Below the pieces are notes generated by a model that was not told the origin of the DNA, did no database searches, and was given only the letters and a program-made list of their open reading frames with translations. Of a stretch of 64,000 nucleotides of DNA, positions 19,570 through 29,408 are shown piece by piece. The translations under genes and the position numbers were made by a program. Positions within the stretch are counted from its first letter, which is position 1. Every line of letters starts with the position of its first letter. Origin of the DNA: Nannocystales bacterium (GTDB lineage Bacteria; Myxococcota_A; Polyangia; Nannocystales; Nannocystaceae); assembly GCA_050633305.1 (NCBI GenBank), contig JBOEGF010000027.1:31403-95402 (forward strand). Reading direction: 5' to 3'.

Positions 19570-20751
19570 GTGTCGCGTCTGCCGTATCTGACCACCCGGC
19601 TCCAGGGTTTCGGAACCACGATCTTCTCCGAGATGACCGCGCTTGCCAACGAGCACAGCGCGGTCAACTTGGGCCAAGGATTCCCCGACTTCGAAGGGCC
19701 CGCGGAGGTCAAGGATGCCGTGATCGCGGCGATCAACGCCGGACACAACCAGTACTGTCCCGGCGCCGGTATTCCTCCGCTCCGCCAGGCCATCGCCGAG
19801 CACCAAAAGCGCTTCTACGACCTGGACTACGACCCCGCCACCGAGGTCACCGTGTTCGCGGGCGCCACAGAGGCCATCGCCAGCAGCCTGCTCGCCCTGT
19901 GCGAGGCCGGCGACGAAGTTGTGCTGTTCGAGCCCTTCTACGACAGCTACCGGGCCGCGGTCGCCATGGCCGGCGCATCGCCTCGCGTCATCCCGCTGCG
20001 CGACCCCGACTTCCGATACGACCCTGAGTTGCTCGAACTCTCGATCGGAACCAAGACCCGCGTCCTGGTCCTCAACAGTCCGCACAACCCCACCGGCAAG
20101 GTCTTCTCTCGCGCCGAGCTCGAGCACATCGCCGCGCTGTGCATCAAGCACGACGTCCTGGTCCTCAGCGACGAAGTCTATGAACACCTGACCTTCGGCG
20201 CAGAACACATCCCGATCGCAACGCTTCCGGGCATGAAGGACCGCACGATCACCATATCCTCAGCGGGCAAGACGTTCTCGTTTACGGGGTGGAAGATCGG
20301 GTGGGCGTGCGCGGGCAAAGACGTCACCGCGGCCATCCGGACCAGCCACCAGTTCGTCACCTTCTGCAATGGCACGCCCTTCCAGCACGGCATCGCCCAC
20401 GCCCTGCGGATGGGCGACGACTTCTTCAACACCTTCCGCAGCGAGTATCAGGTTCGACGAGACAAGCTGTGCACCGGCCTACGCGACGTAGGCTTCACCG
20501 TTCTCGATCCCGCCGGCACCTATTTTGCGTGTGTCGACATTCGGTCGTTGGGCTTCGACGACGACCAGACGCTGTGCCGACTGTTGCCCGAGAAGGTCGG
20601 CGTGGCCGCGATTCCGAACTCGGCGTTCTACATGGACCCCAGGCGCGGCAAACACCTGGTGCGGTTCGCGTTCTGCAAGACGGACCCTGTGCTTGACGAA
20701 GGCATCGCCCGGTTGCGGAAAAACATCGGGAACCTCAAGGCGGCCACGTGA
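19570..20751 (+). CDS. PLP-dependent class I/II aminotransferase (YbdL / glutamine transaminase K / DapC-like)
   Basis: TTIFSEMT, NLGQGFPD, NSPHNPTG, DEVYE, SAGKTFSFTGWKIG, VRFAFCK. Confidence 0.9.
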   Translation: MSRLPYLTTRLQGFGTTIFSEMTALANEHSAVNLGQGFPDFEGPAEVKDAVIAAINAGHNQYCPGAGIPPLRQAIAEHQKRFYDLDYDPATEVTVFAGATEAIASSLLALCEAGDEVVLFEPFYDSYRAAVAMAGASPRVIPLRDPDFRYDPELLELSIGTKTRVLVLNSPHNPTGKVFSRAELEHIAALCIKHDVLVLSDEVYEHLTFGAEHIPIATLPGMKDRTITISSAGKTFSFTGWKIGWACAGKDVTAAIRTSHQFVTFCNGTPFQHGIAHALRMGDDFFNTFRSEYQVRRDKLCTGLRDVGFTVLDPAGTYFACVDIRSLGFDDDQTLCRLLPEKVGVAAIPNSAFYMDPRRGKHLVRFAFCKTDPVLDEGIARLRKNIGNLKAAT

Positions 20752-21503
20752 GAGTCGCCGGGATTCAGTCCGACATCGTCTGGGAAGACCCAGAGGCCAA
20801 CTTCGTCAAGCTGCGCACCTGGGTCGCCACGGCCAAGGCATCCGGGGCGGGGCTGGTCGTGTTGCCCGAGATGTTCGCGTGCGGGTTTTCGATGAATGCC
20901 GAGGCCATCGCCGAGGACGCCGGTGGACCCAGCGTATCGTTCCTCGGGGAGATGGCGCAGACGCATGGGCTTTGGGTGACAGGCACCGTGCCACTGCGCC
21001 AGCCCAACGGACGCCCCCGCAACGAGATGGTGTTGGCGGGCCCCAGCGGCGAACGTGTTCGTTACGCCAAGATGCACCCGTTCACCTTCGCCGGCGAACA
21101 CGAGCACTACGACGCGGGGTCCCAACATGTGCGCGCCGTGGTCGGCGACCTGCGGGTCACCTTGTTCGTTTGTTACGACTTGCGCTTTGCGGACGAGTTC
21201 TGGGCCAACGCCCATGACACGGACTGCTACATCGTGGTCGCGAACTGGCCGAAGAAACGCCGCGAACACTGGACCACCCTGCTGCGAGCCCGGGCCATCG
21301 AGAACCAGGCGTACGTCGTGGGCATCAACCGGGTCGGTGTCGGCGGGGCGATGGAGTACAGCGGGGACAGTCGCATCTTCGACCCGTGGGGCGAGCCGGT
21401 CTGCGCAGCGGCGATGGCCGAGACGATGCTCCTCGCTGACGTAGATCCGGAGGTGGTCGCCCAGGCCCGTGCGAAGTTTCCGGTGCTCAACGACCGGCGT
21501 TGA
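20748..21503 (+). CDS. Nitrilase-family carbon-nitrogen hydrolase (omega-amidase-like)
   Basis: LPEMF, YAKMHPF, VCYDLRF catalytic triad, ARAIENQ; overlaps the aminotransferase stop. Confidence 0.9.
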   Translation: MRVAGIQSDIVWEDPEANFVKLRTWVATAKASGAGLVVLPEMFACGFSMNAEAIAEDAGGPSVSFLGEMAQTHGLWVTGTVPLRQPNGRPRNEMVLAGPSGERVRYAKMHPFTFAGEHEHYDAGSQHVRAVVGDLRVTLFVCYDLRFADEFWANAHDTDCYIVVANWPKKRREHWTTLLRARAIENQAYVVGINRVGVGGAMEYSGDSRIFDPWGEPVCAAAMAETMLLADVDPEVVAQARAKFPVLNDRR

Positions 21504-21678
21504 GCTTCGGCGTTGAGCTCTGGCCGCGCGCGTGCGTGGGCTCGGGATCAGCGCCACGATGAGTCCCGGGGTGCACTGAACGCAATGACCGCCTCACAGC
21601 GTCCCGACAACGTGACGCTGTGACCAATCGGTCGCACGTCGATTGACCGCCCCAGCGCCTCGGGCCTACCGTGACGAC

Positions 21679-22716
21679 GTGTGGGCTTGGGCCTTGGTGA
21701 TCTCCGTTGCGGGGCCCCCGGTGCTACCGCCGCTCCCCGGGGAGAGCGCGCCGGAGGCTCCCGAGGCGGAACCCGCCGCCCCGAGCAAGCCCACCCGAGC
21801 GCCCGACACGTCCAAGCCGACGCCGAGCAAGCCGGCACCCGCGCCCGCCGACGACCCACCCACGTCGGCACCACCTGCGGAGGGGACGTTCTCGATCCCC
21901 ACCACCGAACCGCCACCGCAGCCCAGCACACTGGGGCCCGCTCCGGCCCCCGCACCCGCCCCGGCCGCACCGGTCGAGTCTGGCCCCCGCGAGGACCCCG
22001 GTCCCACGGCTGCCCCTCGGATCGGAGAGCTCCCGAGCTCCGATGAGCTCCCCGCTCCGGCCTACCCGCGGCTCCCGCCCCCCGCCCGACCGCCCTACCG
22101 CGGAACCGGTCTGTTCATCGGAGCGGGGGTCGCCGCCGCGGTCGCGCTGACCGAGCAGATCATCGCGCACCGACTGGTCAAGACACGATGCATCGACCCG
22201 ATCGGCCGCGGCGAGGTCGACACCGCGGAGGATGTGGGCGACGTCTTCCAGCAATGTGCGCCCGGGGTGTTGCCCGCACTCGCGCTCCGCGTGCACTCCG
22301 ACATCGGACTGCTCGCCGCCGTGGGTCTCGCCGCGGCCGGAGGCATGACACGAGGGAACGCCGATGCCTACACAGACGTGTTCGATCCGCCCGGACGTCG
22401 GCGCACGGTCGCCGGTCTACGGATCGCGGGCATCTCCCTCGTCGGGGCCGGCGTGGTCTCGTGGCTGACCACGGGTGCGGCGGCTTGGGGCATCGTGGGG
22501 AACTGCGGAACCGCGCGCTGTGTGAACAGTGGCCGGTTGATGGGCTTCATCACGCGCGACCTGTCGGCCGCGATGGTGGCCAGCGGCGCCGGCATGCTGG
22601 GGTTTGCCGAGACCTACCGACGGCGCCACGACGGATACACGCGCGACCGCATGCTCTCCATCGGGCCGACGATCTCGCTGCAAGGTGCCGGGATGCGTAT
22701 CGGCGGACGGTTCTGA
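21679..22716 (+). CDS. Proline-rich exported or membrane hypothetical protein
   Basis: Long Pro/Ala linker followed by hydrophobic segments; ends in GGRF, typical of myxobacterial envelope proteins. Confidence 0.6.
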   Translation: MWAWALVISVAGPPVLPPLPGESAPEAPEAEPAAPSKPTRAPDTSKPTPSKPAPAPADDPPTSAPPAEGTFSIPTTEPPPQPSTLGPAPAPAPAPAAPVESGPREDPGPTAAPRIGELPSSDELPAPAYPRLPPPARPPYRGTGLFIGAGVAAAVALTEQIIAHRLVKTRCIDPIGRGEVDTAEDVGDVFQQCAPGVLPALALRVHSDIGLLAAVGLAAAGGMTRGNADAYTDVFDPPGRRRTVAGLRIAGISLVGAGVVSWLTTGAAAWGIVGNCGTARCVNSGRLMGFITRDLSAAMVASGAGMLGFAETYRRRHDGYTRDRMLSIGPTISLQGAGMRIGGRF

Positions 22717-22724
22717 CGGATCCG

Positions 22725-23267
22725 CTAGCCCTCGTCCTGCGAGAGCCAGTACAGCGCCGCGAGGACGAGGGCATGGTTGATGTCCCCCGCCAGCGCGCGG
22801 CGATGGATGTCGGCCTTGGGCACGATCTCCACGATGGTTTCCTCCGCGCTGTCGTTCTTCACCTCGCCCACCTTCACGCAGCCGTCCGCCAGGTAGGTGT
22901 GCACCTGGTTCGCGAACAAGGCCGGGTTCGGGTTCACCTCGCCGATCTTCCGGACCGACGCGGGGCGATAGCCGGTCTCTTCCTCGAGTTCGCGCGCCGC
23001 TGCTTCGGCGGGGTCCTCTCCCTCATCGACGAGTCCGCCCGGAATCTCCAGGGTGACCGAAGCCGAGCCCTGCCGGAACTGGTGGATCATGATGAAGTCG
23101 CCCTCGGGGGTGCGAGACACCACGTTGACCCACGAGGACGAGTTGATGCGGAAGAAGACATGGGGGTCTTCGTCCCCCTCTCGCCGAGAGTGCAGCGCAT
23201 CGACCGTGAACACCCGGTAGTCGCCTTGGGGTTCGGTGCGCTCGACGGTCCAGGGGCGTGGCTTCAT
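22725..23267 (-). CDS. NUDIX hydrolase (ADP-ribose pyrophosphatase-like)
   Basis: Nudix box GGLVDEGEDPAEAAARELEEETGY, QFR, EIP. Confidence 0.92.
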   Translation of the reverse strand: MKPRPWTVERTEPQGDYRVFTVDALHSRREGDEDPHVFFRINSSSWVNVVSRTPEGDFIMIHQFRQGSASVTLEIPGGLVDEGEDPAEAAARELEEETGYRPASVRKIGEVNPNPALFANQVHTYLADGCVKVGEVKNDSAEETIVEIVPKADIHRRALAGDINHALVLAALYWLSQDEG

Positions 23268-23310
23268 GCACCGGTTTTACCAGCCTCGCCGCCGGGGTAC
23301 GCTCCGCCCG

Positions 23311-24483
23311 ATGCGACCTCTGTGGATTCTGCCCCTGCTCGCTGCCCTCGCCTGTGACGGAGGGTCCGCCGACGCCAAGAAGGACGACGCCAAGAAGGAC
23401 GACGCCAAGAAGGACGACGCCAAGAAGGACGACGCCAAGAAGGACGACGCCAAGACGGCCGACGCCAAGAAGCCCGACGCCAAGAAGCCCGAGTTCACAC
23501 CGGGTCAGCCGCTCGCCCCCAACAAGGAGGAGACGCATTTCGCGAGCCTCAAGCAGCTGACCAACGGGGGCGAGAACGCCGAGGCCTACCTGAGTTTCGA
23601 CGAATCGCAGCTCGTGTATCAGGCCACGACCGGTGACATGAAATGCGACCAGATCTTCACGATGAAGCTCGATGGCACCGACGTGAAGCGGGTCAGCAGC
23701 GGAGAGGGTCGCACGACGTGCGCGTACTTCCTTCCCGGCGACGAGAAGATCATCTACGCCTCGACCCATGCGGCCGACCCCGGTTGCCTGCCTCCACCGG
23801 ACCGTAGCTTGGGCTACGTCTGGAAGTTGTACGACGAGTACGACATCTACGTCTCCGGCGCGGACGGCAGCGACACCAAGGTGCTCATCGGCGGCAAGGG
23901 CTACGACGCCGAAGCGACCGTCTCTCCGAAGGGCGACAAAATCGTGTTCACTTCGACACGAACCGGCGACCCTGAGATTTTCATCTCCGACATCGACGGG
24001 TCCAACATCAAGCAGCTCACCGACTCCAAAGGCTACGACGGTGGGCCGTTCTTCTCGCCCGACGGCACCAAGATCGTGTACCGGGCCAACCACCCCGAAG
24101 GCGAAGAGGAACTCGCGAAGTACACCGAGATCATCGAGAAGGGACACGTGCGCCCGACTCGACTGGAGCTGTTCGTCATGAACGCCGATGGCTCCGATCA
24201 GAAACAGATCACGAGCAACGGCAAGGCGAACTTCGGCCCCTACTTCCACCCCGGCGGCGAGAAGATCATCTTCTCCTCCAACATGGACTCCGCCATGGGC
24301 CGGACGTTCGAGCTGTACCTGATCGGCATCGATGGCAAGGGCCTCGAGCGCGTGACCCACAACGACTCGTTCGACGGGTTCGCGATGTTCTCTCGAGACG
24401 CCAAGACCCTGATCTTCGCCTCGAACCGCAACAACGAGAGTATGGGCGACACGAATGTGTTCGTCGCCGAGTGGAAAGACTGA
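23311..24483 (+). CDS. TolB-like PD40 beta-propeller lipoprotein
   Basis: Lipobox ALAC, repeated SPDGxKIVF units, QLTxGGENAEAY. Confidence 0.88.
   Translation: MRPLWILPLLAALACDGGSADAKKDDAKKDDAKKDDAKKDDAKKDDAKTADAKKPDAKKPEFTPGQPLAPNKEETHFASLKQLTNGGENAEAYLSFDESQLVYQATTGDMKCDQIFTMKLDGTDVKRVSSGEGRTTCAYFLPGDEKIIYASTHAADPGCLPPPDRSLGYVWKLYDEYDIYVSGADGSDTKVLIGGKGYDAEATVSPKGDKIVFTSTRTGDPEIFISDIDGSNIKQLTDSKGYDGGPFFSPDGTKIVYRANHPEGEEELAKYTEIIEKGHVRPTRLELFVMNADGSDQKQITSNGKANFGPYFHPGGEKIIFSSNMDSAMGRTFELYLIGIDGKGLERVTHNDSFDGFAMFSRDAKTLIFASNRNNESMGDTNVFVAEWKD
23371..23490 (+). repeat. Coding 15-bp tandem repeat, 8 units
   Basis: GACGCCAAGAAGGAC x5 plus 3 variant units; encodes DAKKD x5, DAKTA, DAKKP x2. 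Confidence 0.95.
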
Positions 24484-24638
24484 AACGTTGAGGGACCCGA
24501 TGCCCGGCGAGGCATCGGCATGGCGCAACTCCAGCGGGTGCTCGCAACCATGCGCAGCCTCCGAAACGCATCGAGGCTGCGCGGTTTTGCCCCGCGCCGC
24601 GGCGACGGCATGAGTCCGGTGACGTATGCTCTAGGGCG

Positions 24639-25520
24639 GTGGACAACCTCCAGCCCGGTGACCAGTACGAGCACTACGAAATCCTGGGCCGGCTTGGTCA
24701 GGGGGGCTTCGGCACGGTGTGGAAGGTCAAGGACCCCCGCTACGCTGAACCGCTGGCGCTCAAGCTCTCGCAAGACCCCGTCAAAGACGACGACGCCGCT
24801 CGGGCACTGCGCGAGGTCACCGTTCTACGGGAGCTGACGAGTCCCTACGTGGTCGCAGTCCTCGACGCTGGCCTCAACCGCGACGGCCACATCTTCGTCT
24901 TGATGGAGCTGCTGCAGGGCAAGCCGCTCGACGAGTTCCACGACTTCAACAACCGGCTCGACCCCAAGTGGTCCTGCCACATCGTCTACCAAGCCTGCCT
25001 CGGCCTTCGCGAGGCCCATGCGCGTGGCGTCGTGCACCGCGATCTCAAGCCTTCCAACCTGTTCATCGACAAGGACGGGCACACCAAGGTTCTCGACTTC
25101 GGTCTGGCGCGCTCCTGGGATGAGTCCTCCGTGGTCGGCCGCAATGCCACGGTCGGGAACATGCTGGTCGGCACGCCTCACTACGCGCAGCCCGAGCAGC
25201 TCGAAACCAACACCCTCACACCCGCGGCCGACGTCTACAGCCTCGGCATGGTGTTGTACGAGTTGCTCTCGGGCTTCACGCCGTTCGTGCCCGACAAGAT
25301 CGTGGGCGAGGTGGTGGACATGTGGTTCAACAGTCCGCTGCAGTGGCTCCGGGCCCATGCCCAAGATGCGGTGATTCCGCTGCGTTCCCGGGTCGGGGAG
25401 GACGAGCTCTCTGACGATCTGTGCGCGGTCGTCGACCAGTGCCTGGCGAAGCCGCCCGATGAGCGGCCGACGGACGCTGCGGCCCTCGGCGAAATACTAC
25501 GCCAAGCCTGGCCCAGCTGA
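24639..25520 (+). CDS. Hanks-type Ser/Thr protein kinase (kinase domain only)
   Basis: LGQGGFGTV, ALK, HRDLKPSN, DFGLA, GTPHYAQPE, DVYSLG. Confidence 0.93.
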   Translation: MDNLQPGDQYEHYEILGRLGQGGFGTVWKVKDPRYAEPLALKLSQDPVKDDDAARALREVTVLRELTSPYVVAVLDAGLNRDGHIFVLMELLQGKPLDEFHDFNNRLDPKWSCHIVYQACLGLREAHARGVVHRDLKPSNLFIDKDGHTKVLDFGLARSWDESSVVGRNATVGNMLVGTPHYAQPEQLETNTLTPAADVYSLGMVLYELLSGFTPFVPDKIVGEVVDMWFNSPLQWLRAHAQDAVIPLRSRVGEDELSDDLCAVVDQCLAKPPDERPTDAAALGEILRQAWPS

Positions 25521-25680
25521 GCGGGGAGCGCAGCCTCGGGCCTCCTGCCCTGTGGCCGCCGCGCGCGCGGAAAACCATGTAAGGCAGCTGTCCACTCCGG
25601 CCGCAAGGTCGGTTTTGGGGGACGAATTGTGGATGAGTGCAACGTGGTCGTGACACCTACTTCGCGCCCACCAGCTATCC

Positions 25681-26382
25681 ATGGTTCCTCCATCCCAGCC
25701 GACCTCCGAACGCCGCGCATTCGTTCGCGTGCCGCACCGTGTTCGCGCCATTCTCTCCACCCGCCTCGGAGAAGTGGCGGCCGAGGTCGTCGACCTCAGC
25801 GAAGGTGGCGTGGGGGTCGAGATCAGCGGCGAGCTCCGGAGCTCAGACTTCGTCCGAGTCCTGCTCCCGCTCGCTCCGGGGGACGACAGCTCCGAGTGGG
25901 TCGACCCCGACGCGCTGGTCGCCCGAGTCCACGGAGTCACCGGCTCGGGCCGTCGCCGGATCGGGCTGTCGTTCTTCCAACTCCCCGCCGATACCCTTCG
26001 GCGCATCGCCGCGTGCGTCGCCAGCGGTCTGCAGGCCATGCCGAAGCCAGCCCCGTCCCCCAACCGACGACGCCCCGCTCCAGCGGCCACAACTCCCCCG
26101 CCCTCGAGCAAGGCGATCACCCGCGAGCTCCCCAAGCCGGGCCCGGCTCCCCAGCGTGCAACCGCCCTCCCGCGACGGAAAGCGTCCCCCGCGCCCAAGA
26201 CCGGTTCCGCTCGTCAATCTGCGCCTGCTGAGGCCCAAACTCCGCCCGCGGCCAAGCCCACGCCTGCGCCCAAGACTCCACCGCTCCACATTCCGCGAAC
26301 CTCGGCCCGCGAACTCCGGGACCTGTTCCACGAAGCGCTCGCTTCCCTCGAGGAAGACACCGGCGGAAAGAAGAAAACCTAG
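25681..26382 (+). CDS. PilZ-domain protein with Pro-rich tail
   Basis: RRAFVR (RxxxR) and DLSEGG (DxSxxG). Confidence 0.85.
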   Translation: MVPPSQPTSERRAFVRVPHRVRAILSTRLGEVAAEVVDLSEGGVGVEISGELRSSDFVRVLLPLAPGDDSSEWVDPDALVARVHGVTGSGRRRIGLSFFQLPADTLRRIAACVASGLQAMPKPAPSPNRRRPAPAATTPPPSSKAITRELPKPGPAPQRATALPRRKASPAPKTGSARQSAPAEAQTPPAAKPTPAPKTPPLHIPRTSARELRDLFHEALASLEEDTGGKKKT

Positions 26383-26388
26383 CCGCCC

Positions 26389-27102
26389 CTAGTCCGGCTC
26401 GCTCAGGTGACGGAGCATGCCCATCATCGTGCGGACATCGGTGCGGAGCATGCCCCAACGACGGAACATTCGGTCGAGGCTCGCCGGTAGACGTGCCTCG
26501 TTTGCCGAGGACAAATACCCGCGCATCCGCATCAGGGACGTCCAGGCTTCGCGCAGCGTCTCGAGCTCTTGGCGCGAGGCCGCATGGGCCTGGGCGACCT
26601 CGTTGGCCTCGACAGGTCCCGGGTCGTTGTCGGCGTACAACCGCGCAAGCAGGACCGCGACGGCGTGGCTGAGGTTCAGGCTCGGCTGTCTCTGGGAGGC
26701 AGGGATACGAACGTAGCCATCGCACGCGGCGAGTTCGTCGTTGCTCAGTCCGTCCGCCTCGTTGCCGAACACCAAGCCGAGGTGACGCACATGGCGTTCC
26801 GATGCTGTCGCACTGAGCTCGGCGGAGCCGAGCAGCGACAACCTCTTGTCGCGCGCGAGGCCGCAGGTCCCGACCACCCATTCGAGATCCGCGACCGCGT
26901 CCGCCATCGTGTCGAACCGCTCGATTCGCGCCACGACATGCTCGGCGTGGACCGAGGTCATGCGGAACTCCACCGAACGTAGATCGGCCGTACACCCCAC
27001 CAACCGAAGCGACGCGTCGAAATTCGCGCAGGCTCGGGCCACCAAGCCGACGTTGAGAGGACCGGCCGGCCGCACGAGAACCACGCAAGGGCGGTGGCTC
27101 AT
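26389..27102 (-). CDS. SPOUT RNA methyltransferase (TrmJ / LasT family)
   Basis: VVLVRP..NVGLVARACANF, LVFGNEADGLSNDEL, SLNLSHAV. Confidence 0.88.
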   Translation of the reverse strand: MSHRPCVVLVRPAGPLNVGLVARACANFDASLRLVGCTADLRSVEFRMTSVHAEHVVARIERFDTMADAVADLEWVVGTCGLARDKRLSLLGSAELSATASERHVRHLGLVFGNEADGLSNDELAACDGYVRIPASQRQPSLNLSHAVAVLLARLYADNDPGPVEANEVAQAHAASRQELETLREAWTSLMRMRGYLSSANEARLPASLDRMFRRWGMLRTDVRTMMGMLRHLSEPD

Positions 27103-27325
27103 CGTGGACTGCCGCCAGCTGCGCGGAGAGGGTGCGCGGACGTGCGCGTCCCCAATGGTGGTCCCTCGTGCGCGATCATAGCCACGGCAGACCATACAGA
27201 ACCCCGTTCGTCACTGCATCGCGCGCGCCCCATGTAGCGGAGCCAACGCAGAGATCAACCATTCCGTTTCCCAGCATGATCGGACGGAAAACGTCTTGTT
27301 CTGAGACAAGACTGAGGCAGCTGCG

Positions 27326-27682
27326 ATGATCCCTCCGCGCCCCCATACAGCCGAGCGCCGCGCATTTGAGCGCGTTCGTCATACCGGAGAAGCCGCGCTC
27401 TCGACCGGGCACGGGGAGGTACTGGGGGAGATTCTCGATGTGAGTATCGCCGGGCTCGGGCTCGAGACATCGGGGACGCTGCGGTTGGGTGAGTTCGTCC
27501 GCGTTCGGCTCGCGCTTGGTTTGGGTCCCAACGGAACCCAAGTCGACCCCGATGCATTCGTCGCGCGCGTCGAGCCGGGAAGCTCGCCGGGTCGAAGCGT
27601 CGTCGGCCTCTCCTTCTACGACCTGTCACCCGGCACGCTGGCGCTGCTGTTGGACCAGGTCGCGAACCGGCTCGAGGCCTAG
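27326..27682 (+). CDS. Stand-alone PilZ-domain protein
   Basis: RRAFER and DVSIAG motifs; paralog of the 25681 gene. Confidence 0.85.
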   Translation: MIPPRPHTAERRAFERVRHTGEAALSTGHGEVLGEILDVSIAGLGLETSGTLRLGEFVRVRLALGLGPNGTQVDPDAFVARVEPGSSPGRSVVGLSFYDLSPGTLALLLDQVANRLEA

Positions 27683-27692
27683 GGGGCTTGGC

Positions 27693-29408
27693 CTACCGGA
27701 CCCGCGTCACATCGAGCTCGATGCGAGCACGGCCAGGCTTTTCTCGGACGTCGAGTCGATACACCGCGCCCTCATCGTCCGCGGTGTAGAGCACATCGCC
27801 AGGCTCAATCTCGACCGAGGCTCGACCGTCCTCATCCTCGCTGGACATGGCGTCAGTCAGCCCGTCGTCGGAGAAGAAGCCGACGGCTGGGTAGCTGTAG
27901 TCGCGAACCGGCGCCCCCTCGTCGTCGAGCCTGAGGTCCTGCGGCGCCACAAACACCAGCCGGTCCGCGTCGGCATCACGGCGATAGAAGAAGTCGGCGT
28001 CCCCCTGTGCGTTGTCCAGGAGCAGCGTCGCAAACTCGCGGAGCGCCTCAGGGTTGGCGCGAATGTTCTCGCGCAGCTGCTTGACCAGGGCCTCGGGCGC
28101 GATGCCCACGGAGACATTCTCCACGGTGAACTGCGCGTTGGCCTCGCCCTCGGCCAAGCCGCCGTCGTGCATGCGGGCCTGGCCGATCTCCAGGTTGAGG
28201 TCCCAGAGGTAAGCCGGGTCCGGTGGAGAACCGATGTTGTTGAACGTCTCCAGGGTGACCCAGCCCGCGCCATCGATGCACGCGGAGAAGGCGACCGCTC
28301 CCGTCGCCAACTCGTAGTCGTCGCAGTGGTCTGAAATACGTTCCACGGTCCGGCGAGTCATCTCCGCCAACACCGACTCGAACTCCCACACCGGGTTTGC
28401 CCACACCGGGCTGTCGCCCTTCCCCTCGGGCGCCCGCGAGCTTCCTCCGCGGATGAAGCTCGGGTTCTCGTCCACGCGAATGGTGAGCGTCTCGACCTGC
28501 GGGTCCTCGACCAGCCCTTCCAACTCGATCCAGTCTTCGCTGTCGTAGTCGTGCAGCGTCTCGATCTCGTCCCCAACCGAAGCCACCGATGCCTGACTGA
28601 CATCACCGAGGTCGATGCCCTTGTATGGCAGTGCGTTCACGTTGACGCGTGAGCGCATCTTGAAGTCTTCTTCGATGACGGAGACACCGCGCGCTTCGAC
28701 GATGAAGCCGGGGTGCTCACCTGCGGGACCAAAGCGCTCCGAGAGCCCTTCAAAGTTGGTCACCACATCAGCCATGGTCAGCGGGATCGAGTTCGGCGCG
28801 ACCGGATAGACACCGTCGGGATGCTCGTCCGTGACGGGCCCTCGGCGGGTCTGCGCGTTGGGATGGGTGCTAATGATGTTGTCGGCGATCACCGCGGAGA
28901 CGATGTCCGGCGGTACGAACTCGTCCGTGACGTCGACCTCGAGCAAGTTGCCAAACGCGCGCGCAGTGGGAATGCCCACCGCGGCGGAGAGGTCGGAGAG
29001 TTCCTCAAAGTTGGTCCCGTCGAGGCTCACATTGTCGGGCGTCAGCGTCAGCAGCGTGCGCATGTTTTGCACCGCCTGCGGCTGCATGGCAGCCTCCTCC
29101 GAGCTGAGTCCGCGGAGCTGTTCGAGCGCGTTGGTGGTCAGTGGCGTGACGTCGAGATCGAGCAGCCAGATGTCTTCGAGCACCCGTCGCGGCATCCGCT
29201 TGAGGTCCTCGAGGGTGTGCTCTTCGACGAACCCCTCGACATCGAAACGGGTGTGGCGAAGCTCGATCGTTCGGGTCTCGCCCACAGCCAGTTCGACCGA
29301 AGACGACGTTTCCGTGACGAGCGCTTCGGGCTCCGCGCACCCCGTCCCCCCGGCCAGGGGCGCCAACACAGACAGGCCCAACCCCCAGACTCGAGAACGA
29401 TAGTTCAT
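27693..29408 (-). CDS. Large acidic lipoprotein of unknown function (paralog 2)
   Basis: Lipobox GTGC; aligns by eye with the 29405..31249 product; 4-bp overlap with it. Confidence 0.75.
   Translation of the reverse strand: MNYRSRVWGLGLSVLAPLAGGTGCAEPEALVTETSSSVELAVGETRTIELRHTRFDVEGFVEEHTLEDLKRMPRRVLEDIWLLDLDVTPLTTNALEQLRGLSSEEAAMQPQAVQNMRTLLTLTPDNVSLDGTNFEELSDLSAAVGIPTARAFGNLLEVDVTDEFVPPDIVSAVIADNIISTHPNAQTRRGPVTDEHPDGVYPVAPNSIPLTMADVVTNFEGLSERFGPAGEHPGFIVEARGVSVIEEDFKMRSRVNVNALPYKGIDLGDVSQASVASVGDEIETLHDYDSEDWIELEGLVEDPQVETLTIRVDENPSFIRGGSSRAPEGKGDSPVWANPVWEFESVLAEMTRRTVERISDHCDDYELATGAVAFSACIDGAGWVTLETFNNIGSPPDPAYLWDLNLEIGQARMHDGGLAEGEANAQFTVENVSVGIAPEALVKQLRENIRANPEALREFATLLLDNAQGDADFFYRRDADADRLVFVAPQDLRLDDEGAPVRDYSYPAVGFFSDDGLTDAMSSEDEDGRASVEIEPGDVLYTADDEGAVYRLDVREKPGRARIELDVTRVR

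Noticed and set aside
23371..23490. Possible CRISPR array
   Set aside because: Contiguous 15-bp units with no spacers, in frame within a CDS, and no cas genes.
24497..24518. Hairpin CCGATGCC-N6-GGCATCGG as a terminator
   Set aside because: No U-tract follows, so it could only be an mRNA-stabilising stem; not supportable as a terminator.
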